From NCBI GenBank assembly GCA_963719225.1, contig CAVRAY010000001.1, positions 2,880,001-2,944,000 of the forward strand: a stretch of DNA of 64,000 nucleotides. The letters run 5' to 3'. Both the position numbers and the translations under genes were made by a program. This DNA is from Thermoanaerobaculia bacterium. GTDB lineage: Bacteria > Acidobacteriota > Thermoanaerobaculia > UBA5066. Positions 12,540 to 23,438 of the stretch are shown piece by piece (within the stretch, counting starts at the first letter, position 1; each line of letters starts with the position of its first letter). Under the pieces are notes generated by a model that was not told the DNA's origin, did not search any database, and was given only the letters and a program-made list of their open reading frames with translations.

Positions 12540-14574
12540 ATGCCGCCAGGGCCTTCGCGAGTCGCGCGTCGGGCTTCGGAATGTTCTTGCGTATGTCCGG
12601 CACCCTCAGGCGCGCACGGAAGCGTGTCTCCGGATGGCGCACGGCGTACTCAAGGAGCTCGGAAGCCAGGATCTGATCCTGCGGGTTCGCGCGCACGGCG
12701 CGGGTCCATTCCGCCCCCGCGGCAATCGTCCGGCCGGCCCGCTCGTAGCCCTCCGCGAGAAAGCGCCGCGCCTCCCCGTTCGCGGAGTCCTTCACGAGCG
12801 CCCAGCGGGCCTCGTCCCAGGCTTCCTCCTCCCGCCCGAGCTTCCGGAGGACGCGCGCGTGCGCCAGGCGCGCCGAGACGGCGCCGTCGCCGTTCTCGAC
12901 CGCGTCGTCCCACGCGTCCTCGGCCTCCTCCAGCGTCCCGTGCTGCTCCAGGAACCCCGCGCGATGGAAGGCGACGGGATACGAATCGGGGAAGCGGTCG
13001 TACGCCGTCTCGAACTGCTTGCGCGCCTCCTCGGTGCGCCCCGATTCCTCGAGGGTCTTCGCGAGCCCCCAGTTCCCGTTCTCGTAGGCCGGGAAGATCT
13101 CCACGGATTTCCGATAGCACCCGATCGCCTCGTCCCATTTCTTCTCGTCCCAGAGCTGCTTGCCGAGCAGCGCCCAGGCGTCGTAGTAATCCGGAAAGAT
13201 CGCGATCGCCTCGCGCAGATGAGGCACGGCCACGGCCCGGCGGCTCTCGCGCTGCGCGTCCCAGGCGACGTTGTAATGAGCCTTCGCCGAGCGCGGGACC
13301 TTCGCGACCATGTCGGCATAGAGGGTCTCGTCGTCCTTCCAAACGCGATTGCGTACGAGCGTCGCGGCCGCATACCCGACGACGGCGACGAGAAGAACGA
13401 CCTCGCGCCAGGGCCGCGCCGGCCGCGGGACCTCGCGTCCCTCGGCGGCGAGGAGACCGACGGCGAAACAGAAGAGGCCTGCCGACGGAAGATAGGCGAG
13501 CCTCTCCGCGAAAATCGTCCCGATCACGAACGGGACGTTCGAGACGGGAAAGAGGGCGCCCGCGAAGAGGCAGAGCCCGAACGCGGCGAGAGGCCTTCTC
13601 TTCCAGAGCACGACCGCGAGAGCCGCGGCCAGGAATGCGCCCAAGGGGCCGACCCATGCCGCCGGCTCGCGCAGCGAACGAACGAGCGGCAGCGCGAACG
13701 CCGAGTGGTCCGCGGAGAGGTTGACCGGCAGGAACGTCTTCCCCATGTAACGAAGAGCGAGGCTCAGCGCGTTCACCGTGCGCACCGGAATGGACATCCC
13801 GACGAGCGGATTCTCGAGCTCGAAAATGCCCGCTTCCCTGGAGATGAGAAAGCCCTTGATGACGACGAAACGGACGGTGAAGAGCACCGCGATCGGAAGC
13901 GTGAATCCCGCGAGGCCCCACCTTGCCGGGGGTGAGAGCGCGCGCCACGCTTCGCGGGGCGACCGGCCGCGGCCTCCCCGGAACAGCTCCCCGAGCAGGA
14001 TGACGCCGGGCGCGACGACCGCGTTCTCCTTGACGAAGACCGAAAGCAGGAACACCACGAGCGCCGCCGCGTACGGGCGTTTCGCGAGCGGGCCGTCGCG
14101 CGTCGCGCGCAGCCAGAGAAGCGACACGACGAAGACGCACCAGGCCGCGAGGAGCTCGGCCCGCCCGACGAGGGACGTCACGGCCTCCACGTGGATCGTG
14201 GCGACCGCAAAGAGCGCGGCCGCGGCGGAGGCCTCCCCCACGGCGAACCCCAGCGCGACGAGCCAGGATGCGAACGTCACGGTCACGGCGGCGTTGAGCG
14301 CGAGGTTCACGGCCCGGAACAGCCATGCCCGGTTCCCGTGAATCCACTCCTGCACCGCGTACGTCAGGAGGAGGACCGGGCGGTAGTTCTGAGCCGAGGT
14401 GAGCGACCCGCCGAAGTACTGCGTCGTGAAGACCTCGCCCACGTTCTCCGGGGTCGCGATGCGCTCGTTGTCGCGGATGATGAGCTTGTCGTCGTACGTG
14501 AAGTCGTACGGAAGCGCGTTCAGGAACGGGAGCAGCGCGAGGAACGCGAGTCCCAGACGGCGGCGGAGCGACAC
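12520..14574 (-). CDS. TMTC-like GT-C glycosyltransferase (putative protein O-mannosyltransferase) with C-terminal TPRs
   Basis: DFTYDD, YRPV, HVEAVTSLVGRAELL, KE, AERLAYLPS, RNRVWKDD, then TPR repeats. Confidence 0.88.
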   Translation of the reverse strand: MSLRRRLGLAFLALLPFLNALPYDFTYDDKLIIRDNERIATPENVGEVFTTQYFGGSLTSAQNYRPVLLLTYAVQEWIHGNRAWLFRAVNLALNAAVTVTFASWLVALGFAVGEASAAAALFAVATIHVEAVTSLVGRAELLAAWCVFVVSLLWLRATRDGPLAKRPYAAALVVFLLSVFVKENAVVAPGVILLGELFRGGRGRSPREAWRALSPPARWGLAGFTLPIAVLFTVRFVVIKGFLISREAGIFELENPLVGMSIPVRTVNALSLALRYMGKTFLPVNLSADHSAFALPLVRSLREPAAWVGPLGAFLAAALAVVLWKRRPLAAFGLCLFAGALFPVSNVPFVIGTIFAERLAYLPSAGLFCFAVGLLAAEGREVPRPARPWREVVLLVAVVGYAAATLVRNRVWKDDETLYADMVAKVPRSAKAHYNVAWDAQRESRRAVAVPHLREAIAIFPDYYDAWALLGKQLWDEKKWDEAIGCYRKSVEIFPAYENGNWGLAKTLEESGRTEEARKQFETAYDRFPDSYPVAFHRAGFLEQHGTLEEAEDAWDDAVENGDGAVSARLAHARVLRKLGREEEAWDEARWALVKDSANGEARRFLAEGYERAGRTIAAGAEWTRAVRANPQDQILASELLEYAVRHPETRFRARLRVPDIRKNIPKPDARLAKALAAFTATAG

Positions 14575-14583
14575 GCGCGGAGT

Positions 14584-17500
14584 CTAGCGTTCGGCGTAGG
14601 GGGCTCCGATCCGGAGCTTCTTCATCTCGTACAGCAGAGACTGGCGCGAGATCCCGAGATGGCGCGCGGCGCGCGTGCGGTTCCCCGCCGTCTCGAGGAG
14701 GGCGTCGTTGATCGCGCCCACGCGCGCGGCGTTCACGGCGGCCCGGTAGGACCGCGCGGCGGGCGTTCGTTCCCCTCTTTCGCGCAAGGCGCGCGGGAGG
14801 TGCTCGAGGCCCACGACGCGCCCGGGCGAGGCGAGCGCGATTGCCGCTTCGATCGCGGCGAGGAGCTCGCGGACGTTGCCGGGCCATGGCCAGCTCCTGA
14901 GAGCGGCCGAAGCTTCGCGTGTCAGCGTCGCGCGCGACCCGAGGGCCGCATTCACGAAACGAACGAGGTCTCGGGGGCGCTCGCGGAGCGGCGGCAGCTC
15001 GAGCTCGAGGCCGGCGAGTCGGAAGTAGAGATCGGCCCTGAACGCGGCGGCTTCGGCCATCTCCTTGAGCGGCCGGTGCGTCGCCGAGAGCACGCGCAGG
15101 TCCACGCGCCTGACGGCGGTCTCCCCGAGCCGCCGCACCTCGCTCTCCTGAAGAACGCGCAGGAGCTTGCCCTGGAGGGCGAGCGGCAGGTCGCCGATCT
15201 CGTCGAGAAAGAGCGTTCCCCCTGTAGATTCCTCGACGAGACCCTTGCGGTCCCGATCGGCGCCGGTGAACGCTCCGCGCGCGTGTCCGAACAGCTCCGA
15301 TTCCGCGAGCGTCCCCGGAAGAGCCGCGACGTTCACGGCGACGAAAGCCCCGCGCCGCCCCGAGAGCCGGTGAAGCTCCTGGGCCAGGATCTCCTTGCCG
15401 GTCCCGCTTTCCCCGAGAAGGAGAACCGAGATCGTCGACCGCGCGACGCGCGCCGCCTTTTCGAAGACCTCTCGTGTGGCGGGATCCTCCGCCACGATCG
15501 AAAGCGCCGCCGGTGCCGGCAGAGGCCGAAGGGCTTCAGCCGGAGCACCGTGTTCGAGGGCCCGTGTCAGGCACTGCTCCGCGCGCACCAGACCCGCTCG
15601 CGCCGCCATGCGGCGGGTCAGACTCAGAAGCGGCCCGGCAGCCGAGGTCGCGAAGACGGACGGAAAACGGCCGCGCCACTCGAGAACACGGCGGACGGCG
15701 ATGCCGGCACCCGCACCCGTGGAGGCGATTCGCTCGAGCGCCGCACACGCGCCATCCGAAGGCGCCCGTCCCGCCCTGAGCGCCGCCTCGGATTCGAGGA
15801 GGGCGATCTCGTTAGCGCTCCAGGCGGAGAGTGTCTCCCGGACCGTGCGCCCCGCGTCGTGGGACGCGGAGGCCCAGAGGCGAAGACGGCGCATCTCCGT
15901 GCGCGAGCGGTTGTCCGGAAGCTCTCCCGCGCGCGCCAGGAGCGCGAGCGCGGCTTCGGGGTCCTGCGCCGCGAGGAGGCGCTCGGCTTCGAGAAGGAGA
16001 ATTTCTCGCCATGCCGGGTGTGACGGGCCCTCGTTTCCCCGTTCCTGAGCCTCGAGAAACGCGGCCGCGGCCTCGCCGTCGTCCCCGTCGAGGAGCGCGA
16101 GCTCCTGCAGGCTCGGAATCGCGAAGAGGATCTGGTGGTTTCTCCCGCCCGCCCGCTCATGGGAAAGGACCCGCGCCAGAACGATCCGCGCGGCGGAGAA
16201 GTCGCCGGACCTGAGGAGGAGGTCGATCCGGTTGCCGAGCGCCGAGAGGTAGCGCTCCTCGTGGCGTCCGGCCGCGTAGAGTCCGAGCGCGGCGTCGAGC
16301 TCGCGCGCGGCGACGTCGAGGCGCCCGCCGTCGAGAGCCGCGTGCGCGACGTCGTACGCCGCGTCCGCCTTTTCAAGTGCAGTCGTGGAGAGATCCTCCA
16401 CGCGGCGGAAGAGCGCGATCGCTTCGTCCGTCCGGCCGAGGTCGTTCGCGAGGAATCCGGCGGTGCGCGCAAGCTCGCGCGCGAGGCGGGGATCTTCGAC
16501 GCCGGGGAGAAGAACTTCGGCTTCGGCGAGCGCGGCGGCCGCGGCCGCGTAGTCGTGGGCGCGCTCGTGGAGCTCGGCTGCGAGGAGCCTCTCCTGCAGA
16601 CGAAACGAGACCGGAGCCCCGTCGACCTTTCGAGCCGCGCGCGCCAGAACGCGCCGGGCCGCCTCGTCGCGGCACGCGCCCGCGAGCACACGCGCGCGCG
16701 CCACGTCCTCGTCGGGAGTCCCCCCGGGGCAGAGCGCCACGGCGCGGTCTTCCTCGCGCAGGGCGACGAGAACGCTGGCCGTCGCGAGCCTCTCTTCGAG
16801 GGAAGCGCCGCGCGAAGCTCCGGCCGTGATTCGGCCCGCTGCTTCCCGCGCGGCCTCGGGCCTTCCCGCGGCATGCAGAATCCGCACGGCGAGGAGCGGC
16901 CGGCCGAAATCGGGGCTCTTCCTCGGAGAGCGGGAGAGAATTTCGGCGGCCACGCCGAGATCCCGGTCTGCGGCCGCCACGTCGAGCGCCGCGTGCGCCG
17001 CCTCGAGGTCGGCGGGTTTGCCTCGTCCGAGCGCTGCGATCGCGAATCGCGTTCCCCCGAGTCCCCACGCCTCGAGCCGCCCGACCGCCTCGCCTCGTGC
17101 GGACGCCGGCACCCGCGCGGCGATCCGGCGGCGCTCGCCTTCGTCCCGAAACGCGAACGTTCCTTCTGCCCCGGTGACCAGCACTCCGCGCTCGGCGGCG
17201 TTCGCGAGCGCCTCCTCCGCGGCCGGGAGAGCGACTCCGGCGGCAACGGCGGCCTCGGCGACGCGGAACCCCGCGGCGAGAAGCGCGGCCGCCTCGAGAG
17301 CAGGACCGCACCTCTCCGATCCCGCGGGCCGCGGGCGCGCGGTCGAGACGCGGCCCTCGGCCGGATCGAAACGCGCCGCGAGGTCACGCACGACGTCGAG
17401 GACACGGCCCGGATCGGTCGTCCCTGTCGCTCCCCGGGCAGCATCCTCCGCCTCGCGCCACGCGGCGACGGCATGGTGCACGGATGCGAACGGAAGCCAG

Positions 17501-18537
17501 AGGAGCGAGGCGGCGTCTCCGGGGCCCAGGCTGAAGGACAGAAGGGGCGCGTCCTCCCAGGGCTCGAGGCGGGCCGCCCTCGTGGCGAAGGGCCGGAAGC
17601 CGAGACCCGAGAGATCCCTTTCGAAAGCGAGGCGCGATCGCGCGTCCCAGCGTTCCAGCGAGACGGCGACGAGGGCAAGGGGAGGGCCCTCGGCCGAACG
17701 TCGTGGGCGCGATCCGTCCGCGAGATCGCGCAGCGTGGCCGCACGCGGATCGTCTTCGAGCGAACACGCGAGGCGCCGGAGGGCGCCGCCCTGGTCCAGG
17801 GCGGAACCCGCCGCGCATTCCACGAACGCCGGCGGCTCCTCCCGCCGCGCGGCGCCCCGTGCAAGCCAGAGAGCAGCGCTTCCTACGGCCGTCGCGGGTC
17901 CCGGCCCGCCCTCGCCCGCGGCGCTCGCGGGGGGAAGCGAAAGGCCGAGGAGGTCCCGCGAAACGTCACGCCCCACGCCGCCCCGCGTCGCCAGCTCGGC
18001 CACGAGTCCCTCGGATCGCCCGCGCGCGTCAGCCGCGCGAAGAGCGGTGACGACGTCCTCCGCGACGTCGCGGGGAAGGACGCCGTCGAGGGCGTCCTCG
18101 ACCGCACGTCGCAGCGATTCCGCGTCCTTGCCGCCCGCTTGCCCGCCCCCCAGCCTGACGGCGGCGGCCGCAACCGCGAGACCGGGTGACACCGCGCGCC
18201 ACGCCGCGACCGGAGGGGCGGCCAGGGCCGGCCGCTCCGGGTCGCTCTCCCGTGCTCCGAGATGGGAGATGTCCTCGGGAGCGAGACCGAGCCCGTGAAA
18301 CGAGAGGAATCCGGCGAGAGAGCCGAGCCTGACGAGATACGCACGGCGGGAGGGCGCATCCAGGCGCGCGAGCGGAGCGGGATCGGGGCCCTCCATGGCG
18401 AGGACGAGCCCCTTCGGTCCGGGGCGGGCGGCGACGAAAACGGGCAGCAGAGGATGCTCGAGCCGCACGAGCGCCGACCCGCCCGCCGCGAGGTCGCGGC
18501 GCGGAATCGTCCACTGCCGGAGCGCCTTCGAAGGCAC
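14584..18537 (-). CDS. Very large sigma54-dependent enhancer-binding protein (long N-terminal region, TPR-like segment, AAA+, Fis HTH)
   Basis: GTG 18537 with GGAGG RBS; [67 protein letters not shown]. Confidence 0.88.
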   Translation of the reverse strand: MPSKALRQWTIPRRDLAAGGSALVRLEHPLLPVFVAARPGPKGLVLAMEGPDPAPLARLDAPSRRAYLVRLGSLAGFLSFHGLGLAPEDISHLGARESDPERPALAAPPVAAWRAVSPGLAVAAAAVRLGGGQAGGKDAESLRRAVEDALDGVLPRDVAEDVVTALRAADARGRSEGLVAELATRGGVGRDVSRDLLGLSLPPASAAGEGGPGPATAVGSAALWLARGAARREEPPAFVECAAGSALDQGGALRRLACSLEDDPRAATLRDLADGSRPRRSAEGPPLALVAVSLERWDARSRLAFERDLSGLGFRPFATRAARLEPWEDAPLLSFSLGPGDAASLLWLPFASVHHAVAAWREAEDAARGATGTTDPGRVLDVVRDLAARFDPAEGRVSTARPRPAGSERCGPALEAAALLAAGFRVAEAAVAAGVALPAAEEALANAAERGVLVTGAEGTFAFRDEGERRRIAARVPASARGEAVGRLEAWGLGGTRFAIAALGRGKPADLEAAHAALDVAAADRDLGVAAEILSRSPRKSPDFGRPLLAVRILHAAGRPEAAREAAGRITAGASRGASLEERLATASVLVALREEDRAVALCPGGTPDEDVARARVLAGACRDEAARRVLARAARKVDGAPVSFRLQERLLAAELHERAHDYAAAAAALAEAEVLLPGVEDPRLARELARTAGFLANDLGRTDEAIALFRRVEDLSTTALEKADAAYDVAHAALDGGRLDVAARELDAALGLYAAGRHEERYLSALGNRIDLLLRSGDFSAARIVLARVLSHERAGGRNHQILFAIPSLQELALLDGDDGEAAAAFLEAQERGNEGPSHPAWREILLLEAERLLAAQDPEAALALLARAGELPDNRSRTEMRRLRLWASASHDAGRTVRETLSAWSANEIALLESEAALRAGRAPSDGACAALERIASTGAGAGIAVRRVLEWRGRFPSVFATSAAGPLLSLTRRMAARAGLVRAEQCLTRALEHGAPAEALRPLPAPAALSIVAEDPATREVFEKAARVARSTISVLLLGESGTGKEILAQELHRLSGRRGAFVAVNVAALPGTLAESELFGHARGAFTGADRDRKGLVEESTGGTLFLDEIGDLPLALQGKLLRVLQESEVRRLGETAVRRVDLRVLSATHRPLKEMAEAAAFRADLYFRLAGLELELPPLRERPRDLVRFVNAALGSRATLTREASAALRSWPWPGNVRELLAAIEAAIALASPGRVVGLEHLPRALRERGERTPAARSYRAAVNAARVGAINDALLETAGNRTRAARHLGISRQSLLYEMKKLRIGAPYAER

Positions 18538-18608
18538 CGTCCGTCCTCCCGCCGACCGCGGCTGCCGGGCTGTCTTACGGCGGACGATTTCCGAAAGGCG
18601 TTCCCTTG

Positions 18609-19307
18609 TCAAGCGGAGGGGCGTCGGGCGGTGACGAGCTCGAACCCGTGGAGATACCCGCGGCCCACGTCGGCGATCCCGACGCGCTCGAGACCCGCGC
18701 CCAGGAGGAGCTCCGCGACCTCCTCGCCCCCGCACGGGGCGACCGCCGCTCCCCGCGTGATCCCGAGGCCGACGGCGAGCCGCTCCTGCGCCGAATCGAG
18801 CCCTCGCTTCCAGCGCGGCCCCCCTCCGCTCGTGAGCACCACGAAGAGCCCGCACGGCGAGAGGGCCCGGGCGGCCTGCGAGACGAAACCGGGCCTCTCC
18901 GAAGGCGGCACGAGGTAAAGGACGTCGATGAGCGCCGCCTGCGAGAACGCCGCCGAAGGAGCCAGATCGATCTCGCCCTGCTGGAACGTGCGCGTCGCGG
19001 TCTCGGGCAGCCATCGCTGGGCGCGCTCGATCTTGCGCGGATCCGGATCGAGGCCGAGATAGGTTCCCGAAAAGCCGGCGCGGGCGAGGAGGTGCGCGAG
19101 AAGGCCGGGTCCGCATCCGAAGTCGACGAGCATCCCGCCGGATTCGAAGGCCGCGACGACCCGCGTCCAGGGGGCGCTTCGAAATCGGAGCAAGAGATGC
19201 ACGCGCTCGGGCAACGTGAGCGCGGCCGCGGCTCTCCAGAGCTCCGTCCGCTCGCCGCTTCCGAGCGCGAGGAGACCCTCCGCCGTGGTCCCGAGGTCTC
19301 TCTCCAT
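18609..19307 (-). CDS. Class I SAM-dependent methyltransferase
   Basis: LVDFGCGPG motif I, LGLDPD, DVLY. Confidence 0.85.
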   Translation of the reverse strand: MERDLGTTAEGLLALGSGERTELWRAAAALTLPERVHLLLRFRSAPWTRVVAAFESGGMLVDFGCGPGLLAHLLARAGFSGTYLGLDPDPRKIERAQRWLPETATRTFQQGEIDLAPSAAFSQAALIDVLYLVPPSERPGFVSQAARALSPCGLFVVLTSGGGPRWKRGLDSAQERLAVGLGITRGAAVAPCGGEEVAELLLGAGLERVGIADVGRGYLHGFELVTARRPSA

Positions 19308-19327
19308 CGCGCCCGTAGACTACAGGC

Positions 19328-20488
19328 ACGAGCGCCGACGAATCCTCCGCCGCCTACCCGTGGCCTTTTCGAGGCGCCGAGAACCGGCGCCTCGCTGCGC
19401 TTGCGATCGCCTGGCTCGCCGCCCTCCACCTCTGGGCCGCGTTCGCCGTCCACGTGCTGCCGCTCGGCCGCCCTTCGCCCTGGGGACAGACGGCGATCCC
19501 TTACTTCGCTCGCTTCGACTCGGGCTGGTACGCCAGCATCGCGCGAGCGGGATACGGCGCGCCTCCTCCCCCGGGGACGGAATCGGCGCACGCGTTTTTC
19601 CCGCTCTATCCGATGCTCGCGCGAGGCGTCGTCCTTCTCACGGGGCTCGATCCCCTCTGGGCGCTCGCCGCGATCTCGTGGATCGCGTTCGCCTTCGCGC
19701 TGCCGCTCTTCGGGGAAGAATGCCGCGCCCGCCTCGGCCCGGAGCGTTCGAGGGGGCCGTTGCCGTTCCTCCTCCTCTATCCCGTGGCGTTCTTCTTCGC
19801 GGCGGCCTACACCGAATCGCTCTTCTTCCTGCTCCTCCTCCTCGCGTTCCGGATGATTCGGACCGAGCGCCCCCTGGCGGCGATCTTCGTCGGCCTGCTC
19901 CTCGGCCTGACGCGCGCTCCGGCAGCGGCCGTCGGCCCTGCGCTTGCTCTCGCGTACGTCCTTCGCCCCGACTGGAGGAAACGGCTGCCCGTCGCCGCCG
20001 CTCTCGCCGTCGCGCCGCTCGCGGGGGTGCTCGCGTACGTCTTCGGGATCGGGTGGTGGAAGGGAGAGCCCGGACTCTTCTTCCGTGCGATGGGTGCCTG
20101 GGAACATCGCTCGACGAGCCCCGTCGGAGGAGTCGTGTCGTTTCTCAGGGAGCAGGTCGCGCTCTTCTCGGGCGGCACCCTGTTCCGCCACCCCGGAGCG
20201 ATCGCGCCGCTCGCGCACTTCACGCTCTTCGCCATTCTGGCTGCCGTGCAGATCCAAAAGCGGCGTTTTTCCGACGCGGCCTGGACCGCGGGAGTCTTGG
20301 GCCTGGCATTCCTCACAGGCACGACGAACGGCGTGCCGCGATACACGGCGACGATCTTCCCCGGGCACATCCTGCTTTTCGAGCTCCTCGAGCACAGGCC
20401 GGGCCTCCGGACGGCGGCGCTCACGCTGTCGACGGCCCTCCTTCTCCTGCGCGCGGCTCTCTTCGTGAACTGGCACTTCGTCTCGTGA
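19328..20488 (+). CDS. GT-C mannosyltransferase-like membrane protein (PIG-V-like); start codon atypical
   Basis: RFDSGWY, AFFPLYP, YTESLF; frame open from 19319 with a first TM helix upstream of the first canonical start (GTG 19454); ACG at 19328. Confidence 0.8.
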   Translation, partial: TSADESSAAYPWPFRGAENRRLAALAIAWLAALHLWAAFAVHVLPLGRPSPWGQTAIPYFARFDSGWYASIARAGYGAPPPPGTESAHAFFPLYPMLARGVVLLTGLDPLWALAAISWIAFAFALPLFGEECRARLGPERSRGPLPFLLLYPVAFFFAAAYTESLFFLLLLLAFRMIRTERPLAAIFVGLLLGLTRAPAAAVGPALALAYVLRPDWRKRLPVAAALAVAPLAGVLAYVFGIGWWKGEPGLFFRAMGAWEHRSTSPVGGVVSFLREQVALFSGGTLFRHPGAIAPLAHFTLFAILAAVQIQKRRFSDAAWTAGVLGLAFLTGTTNGVPRYTATIFPGHILLFELLEHRPGLRTAALTLSTALLLLRAALFVNWHFVS

Positions 20489-20498
20489 GGGGCCGGGT

Positions 20499-21275
20499 AT
20501 GCTTCCGGCCGTGACACCGAGAGACCCCGGTCCGGGCCCGGCGGCCGCCGCGCGTCCCGCCCGCTCCGTCTCTCTCGTCGTCCCGATGTTCAACGAGGAG
20601 AAGAGCGTCACGCGCCTCCTCGACGTCGCGATTCCGGCTCTCGAGGAGCACACCGACGACTGGGAGATCGTGCTCGTGGACGACGGCTCCCGGGACGCGA
20701 CGCTTTCGCTCGCGCAGGAACGCGCCGAGAAAGAGCCCCGGTTGAAGGTGATCGCACACGCCTCGAACCGGGGGCTCGGCGGCACACTGAGAACCGGCTT
20801 CGCCGCCGCGCGGCGCGACTGGATCCTCTACAGCGACTGCGACCTGCCCTGGGACTTCGCCGAGACCGGCCGGCTCTTCCGCGCCGCCGAGATCACGGGC
20901 GCCGACGTCGTCTCCGCGTACCGGCTCGACCGCACGGGAGAAGGAGTCGTGCGCTCTCTCTATTCCTTCGTTTACAACGGCCTCGTACACCTCCTCTTCG
21001 GAATCGTGCTGCGCGACGTCAACTTCTCGTGCAAGCTGATCCGGCGGACCCTCCTCGATACCCTGACTCTCAAGAGCGAGGGGTCCTTCATCGATGCCGA
21101 GCTCCTCGCCCGCTGCGTGGCGCGCGGCGCCGTGATCCAGCAGGTGGGCCTCGACTACTTTCCCCGCACGCGCGGGCTCTCGACGCTCTCGTCCGGGCGC
21201 ACCGTGCTGACGATCCTCCGCGAAATGGCGCTTTTAGAATCCGACATCCGCGCGGAGCGCCGGGCGAAGCGTTGA
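20499..21275 (+). CDS. GT2 glycosyltransferase (polyprenol-phosphate sugar synthase-like)
   Basis: VVPMFNEE, VDDGSRDAT, NRGLG, DCD. Confidence 0.92.
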   Translation: MLPAVTPRDPGPGPAAAARPARSVSLVVPMFNEEKSVTRLLDVAIPALEEHTDDWEIVLVDDGSRDATLSLAQERAEKEPRLKVIAHASNRGLGGTLRTGFAAARRDWILYSDCDLPWDFAETGRLFRAAEITGADVVSAYRLDRTGEGVVRSLYSFVYNGLVHLLFGIVLRDVNFSCKLIRRTLLDTLTLKSEGSFIDAELLARCVARGAVIQQVGLDYFPRTRGLSTLSSGRTVLTILREMALLESDIRAERRAKR

Positions 21276-22120
21276 CGCGGCTCGTCCTGAACGCGGACGA
21301 CTTCGGCCTCGCGCCGGCACACGAGCGCCGCATCGCCGCGCTGCGCGCGAAGGGCCTCCTCACGGACACGAGCCTTCTCGTGAACGGCATGTCCTTCGAG
21401 GCCGCGGTCGCGGATCTTCGCGGGGCCGGCCTCTCCGAGACCGGCGTGCACCTCTGCCTGACCGGCGGCGAGAAGCCCGTGTGCGCCGCGCGCGAGATCC
21501 CGTCGCTCATCGCGGGATCCGTGTTCCGCCCCCACTGGCTTCCGGTTCTCGCCGCGCTCGCGGCCCGCCGGATTCGCCTTGCCGAGGTGGAGCGCGAATG
21601 GGAGGCGCAGGTCGCGCGGGCGACGGACGCCGGCCTCACCGTCACGCACCTCGACTCGCACCAGAACCTGCATCTGCATCCGCGGCTCTTCCCCGTCGCC
21701 GTGTCGCTCGCGCGCCGCTTCCGCGTTCCTTTCGTGCGCGCGCCCCGGGCGGACGACCCGCCGAACCGGCCCGATGCGCCGCCGGCCGCGCGTTTTCGCA
21801 CGGGCCTTCTCACGCGCCTCGGTGGCCGCGGCCGGCGGCTCCTGGAAAAGGCCGGCCTTCCCGAGCCCCCGCGCGTCCTCGGCCTCGCCGAGGCGGGGCA
21901 CATGAACGCCGCTCGGTTTCGACGCGCCGTGGCGGATCTGCCCGAGGGCGACTACGAGGTCGCGCTCCACTCCGGCGAAGAGGACGACGTCACGCGCGCG
22001 CGCTATCACCAATGGGGATACGCGTGGGACGACGAGTCTGAAGCCCTTGAATCCGGCGCGATCGCGGCGGCTCTCGCCGCCCGCGGCATCGCGGCGGTCA
22101 GCTTCGGGGAGCTCGTCTGA
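21272..22120 (+). CDS. ChbG/HpnK (YdjC) family deacetylase
   Basis: LVLNADDFG, GVHL, THLDSHQNLH; TTG start overlaps the GT2 stop. Confidence 0.9.
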   Translation: MTRLVLNADDFGLAPAHERRIAALRAKGLLTDTSLLVNGMSFEAAVADLRGAGLSETGVHLCLTGGEKPVCAAREIPSLIAGSVFRPHWLPVLAALAARRIRLAEVEREWEAQVARATDAGLTVTHLDSHQNLHLHPRLFPVAVSLARRFRVPFVRAPRADDPPNRPDAPPAARFRTGLLTRLGGRGRRLLEKAGLPEPPRVLGLAEAGHMNAARFRRAVADLPEGDYEVALHSGEEDDVTRARYHQWGYAWDDESEALESGAIAAALAARGIAAVSFGELV

Positions 22121-22467
22121 AAAATGAGGGCTGGTGAGGAGTTCCGAGACCACTCGCACCGCAGGATTGATGCCCGTCCCGTTACTGTTGTCCGTCTGTG
22201 CCTCGTGGGCGGCACGGAGCGTCACGTCGGTTCTGACGGTCGCTCTGCTCATGGGCCCGGCCGGCGCATCAGGAGGATCCGACAGCCCAATTACCTTCGA
22301 CAGAATCGGCGTCGTGCAGCGCGTGGTCTACATCCGGGCTGGCCGCCTCCCGGCTGTCGAATACGTGGAGGGATGCCTCTGAGGCGATGCCTTGATCGTC
22401 ACGGCTGGCTCCACCGGATCAGGGGCCGTATGAGCACCTCGCCCGCGCAAGCCCCCTGCTAGTCACA

Positions 22468-22677
22468 TCAGGCAGCTGCCGTTGCGAGATTCAGGCGCAG
22501 CTTCTTGGGGTCGGCGTCGTAGTTCAGCTTCTCGAACCCGATGACGCGGCCCTGGCGGTCCTTCATCAGGATCACCTCGTCGCCCGTTTCCTCGCACACG
22601 TACTCGTCCGACGGCCGGCCGAACCAGACCGTCAGCGTCCGGGCCTTTGCGTCGTGGAATACCTTCACCTCGTCCAT
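22468..22677 (-). CDS. DUF2283-like putative antitoxin
   Basis: 69 aa, pattern HD....TL.VWF...E.GDEVIL..D..GRVIGFE; overlaps upstream partner. Confidence 0.75.
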   Translation of the reverse strand: MDEVKVFHDAKARTLTVWFGRPSDEYVCEETGDEVILMKDRQGRVIGFEKLNYDADPKKLRLNLATAAA

Positions 22678-22997
22678 CGCCGTTCTCCCTCCTTGATCGC
22701 GTCCGTCGGATAGGCCGTGACCAGGAAGCCGTCTTCATTATCGACCTTCTTGACGACCGCCGAAAGCCAACGCCCCGGCTTCTCCCGGACATAGAAGAGA
22801 AAAACCATGGGATCGTGCTTGCTTTGTCGAATCTCCTCCGGTTCCGAAAGCACGCCAAGCACGTCTCTTTCCCGCCTAGCCATCACAGGGTGCTTCTCCG
22901 AGACGATCTTCTCCCATTGCCTTTTCGTTACGCGGACGTCAAAACCCAGCCGCGTCGTTACGACAAAGAGTGTGGCGTCTGGATCTTCGTTAGCCAT
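22665..22997 (-). CDS. DUF4258/RelE-like putative toxin
   Basis: 110 aa, W..I...HP, P..I..S, C-terminal FLVTAY motif; coupled to the DUF2283-like gene. Confidence 0.7.
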   Translation of the reverse strand: MANEDPDATLFVVTTRLGFDVRVTKRQWEKIVSEKHPVMARRERDVLGVLSEPEEIRQSKHDPMVFLFYVREKPGRWLSAVVKKVDNEDGFLVTAYPTDAIKEGERRWTR

Positions 22998-23412
22998 GCC
23001 GCTTCTTCTTCATGGATATGGGATCGCCGTCGCCGCCAGGTCCGGGAAGTCGGCACGCATGCGAAACCAGATAGCGATTGTCCGCGAAGGTCCGATACGC
23101 CCGGTCGAAGATGCGCCGTAGAAGCGGCGCCACCGAGAACAGGTAGAGCGGGTACGCCCACCAGATCCGCCGCATCACGTGGCGGTACACGTCCGCGCCG
23201 CGCACCTGCCTGCCGTCTTCAAGCAACAGGCGCAGATCGGACAGGAGGTCCTCCTGTGGAACACCCAGTTTTCGCGCAACCCACTCACTTTGAAGCGGTG
23301 CGATGTCAAAGCCCCTCTTGCGAAGCGTATTCGCCCAGAACGGAACCCATCGCCGGCAGAACCCGCAGGAGTCGTCATACAGAACCCAGCCGATGGGCCC
23401 TTCCTCCCTCAT
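22990..23412 (-). CDS. DCC1/DUF393 thiol-disulfide oxidoreductase-like protein
   Basis: VLYDDSCGFC (DxxCxxC), APLQ, AY..FADNRY. Confidence 0.85.
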   Translation of the reverse strand: MREEGPIGWVLYDDSCGFCRRWVPFWANTLRKRGFDIAPLQSEWVARKLGVPQEDLLSDLRLLLEDGRQVRGADVYRHVMRRIWWAYPLYLFSVAPLLRRIFDRAYRTFADNRYLVSHACRLPGPGGDGDPISMKKKRHG

Positions 23413-23438
23413 CTGTCCCTGCGAGCGCGAAGGCGTTT

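Noticed and set aside
22134-22382. 82-aa ORF in the unexplained gap
   Set aside because: Atypical codon usage, no motif and no clear RBS.
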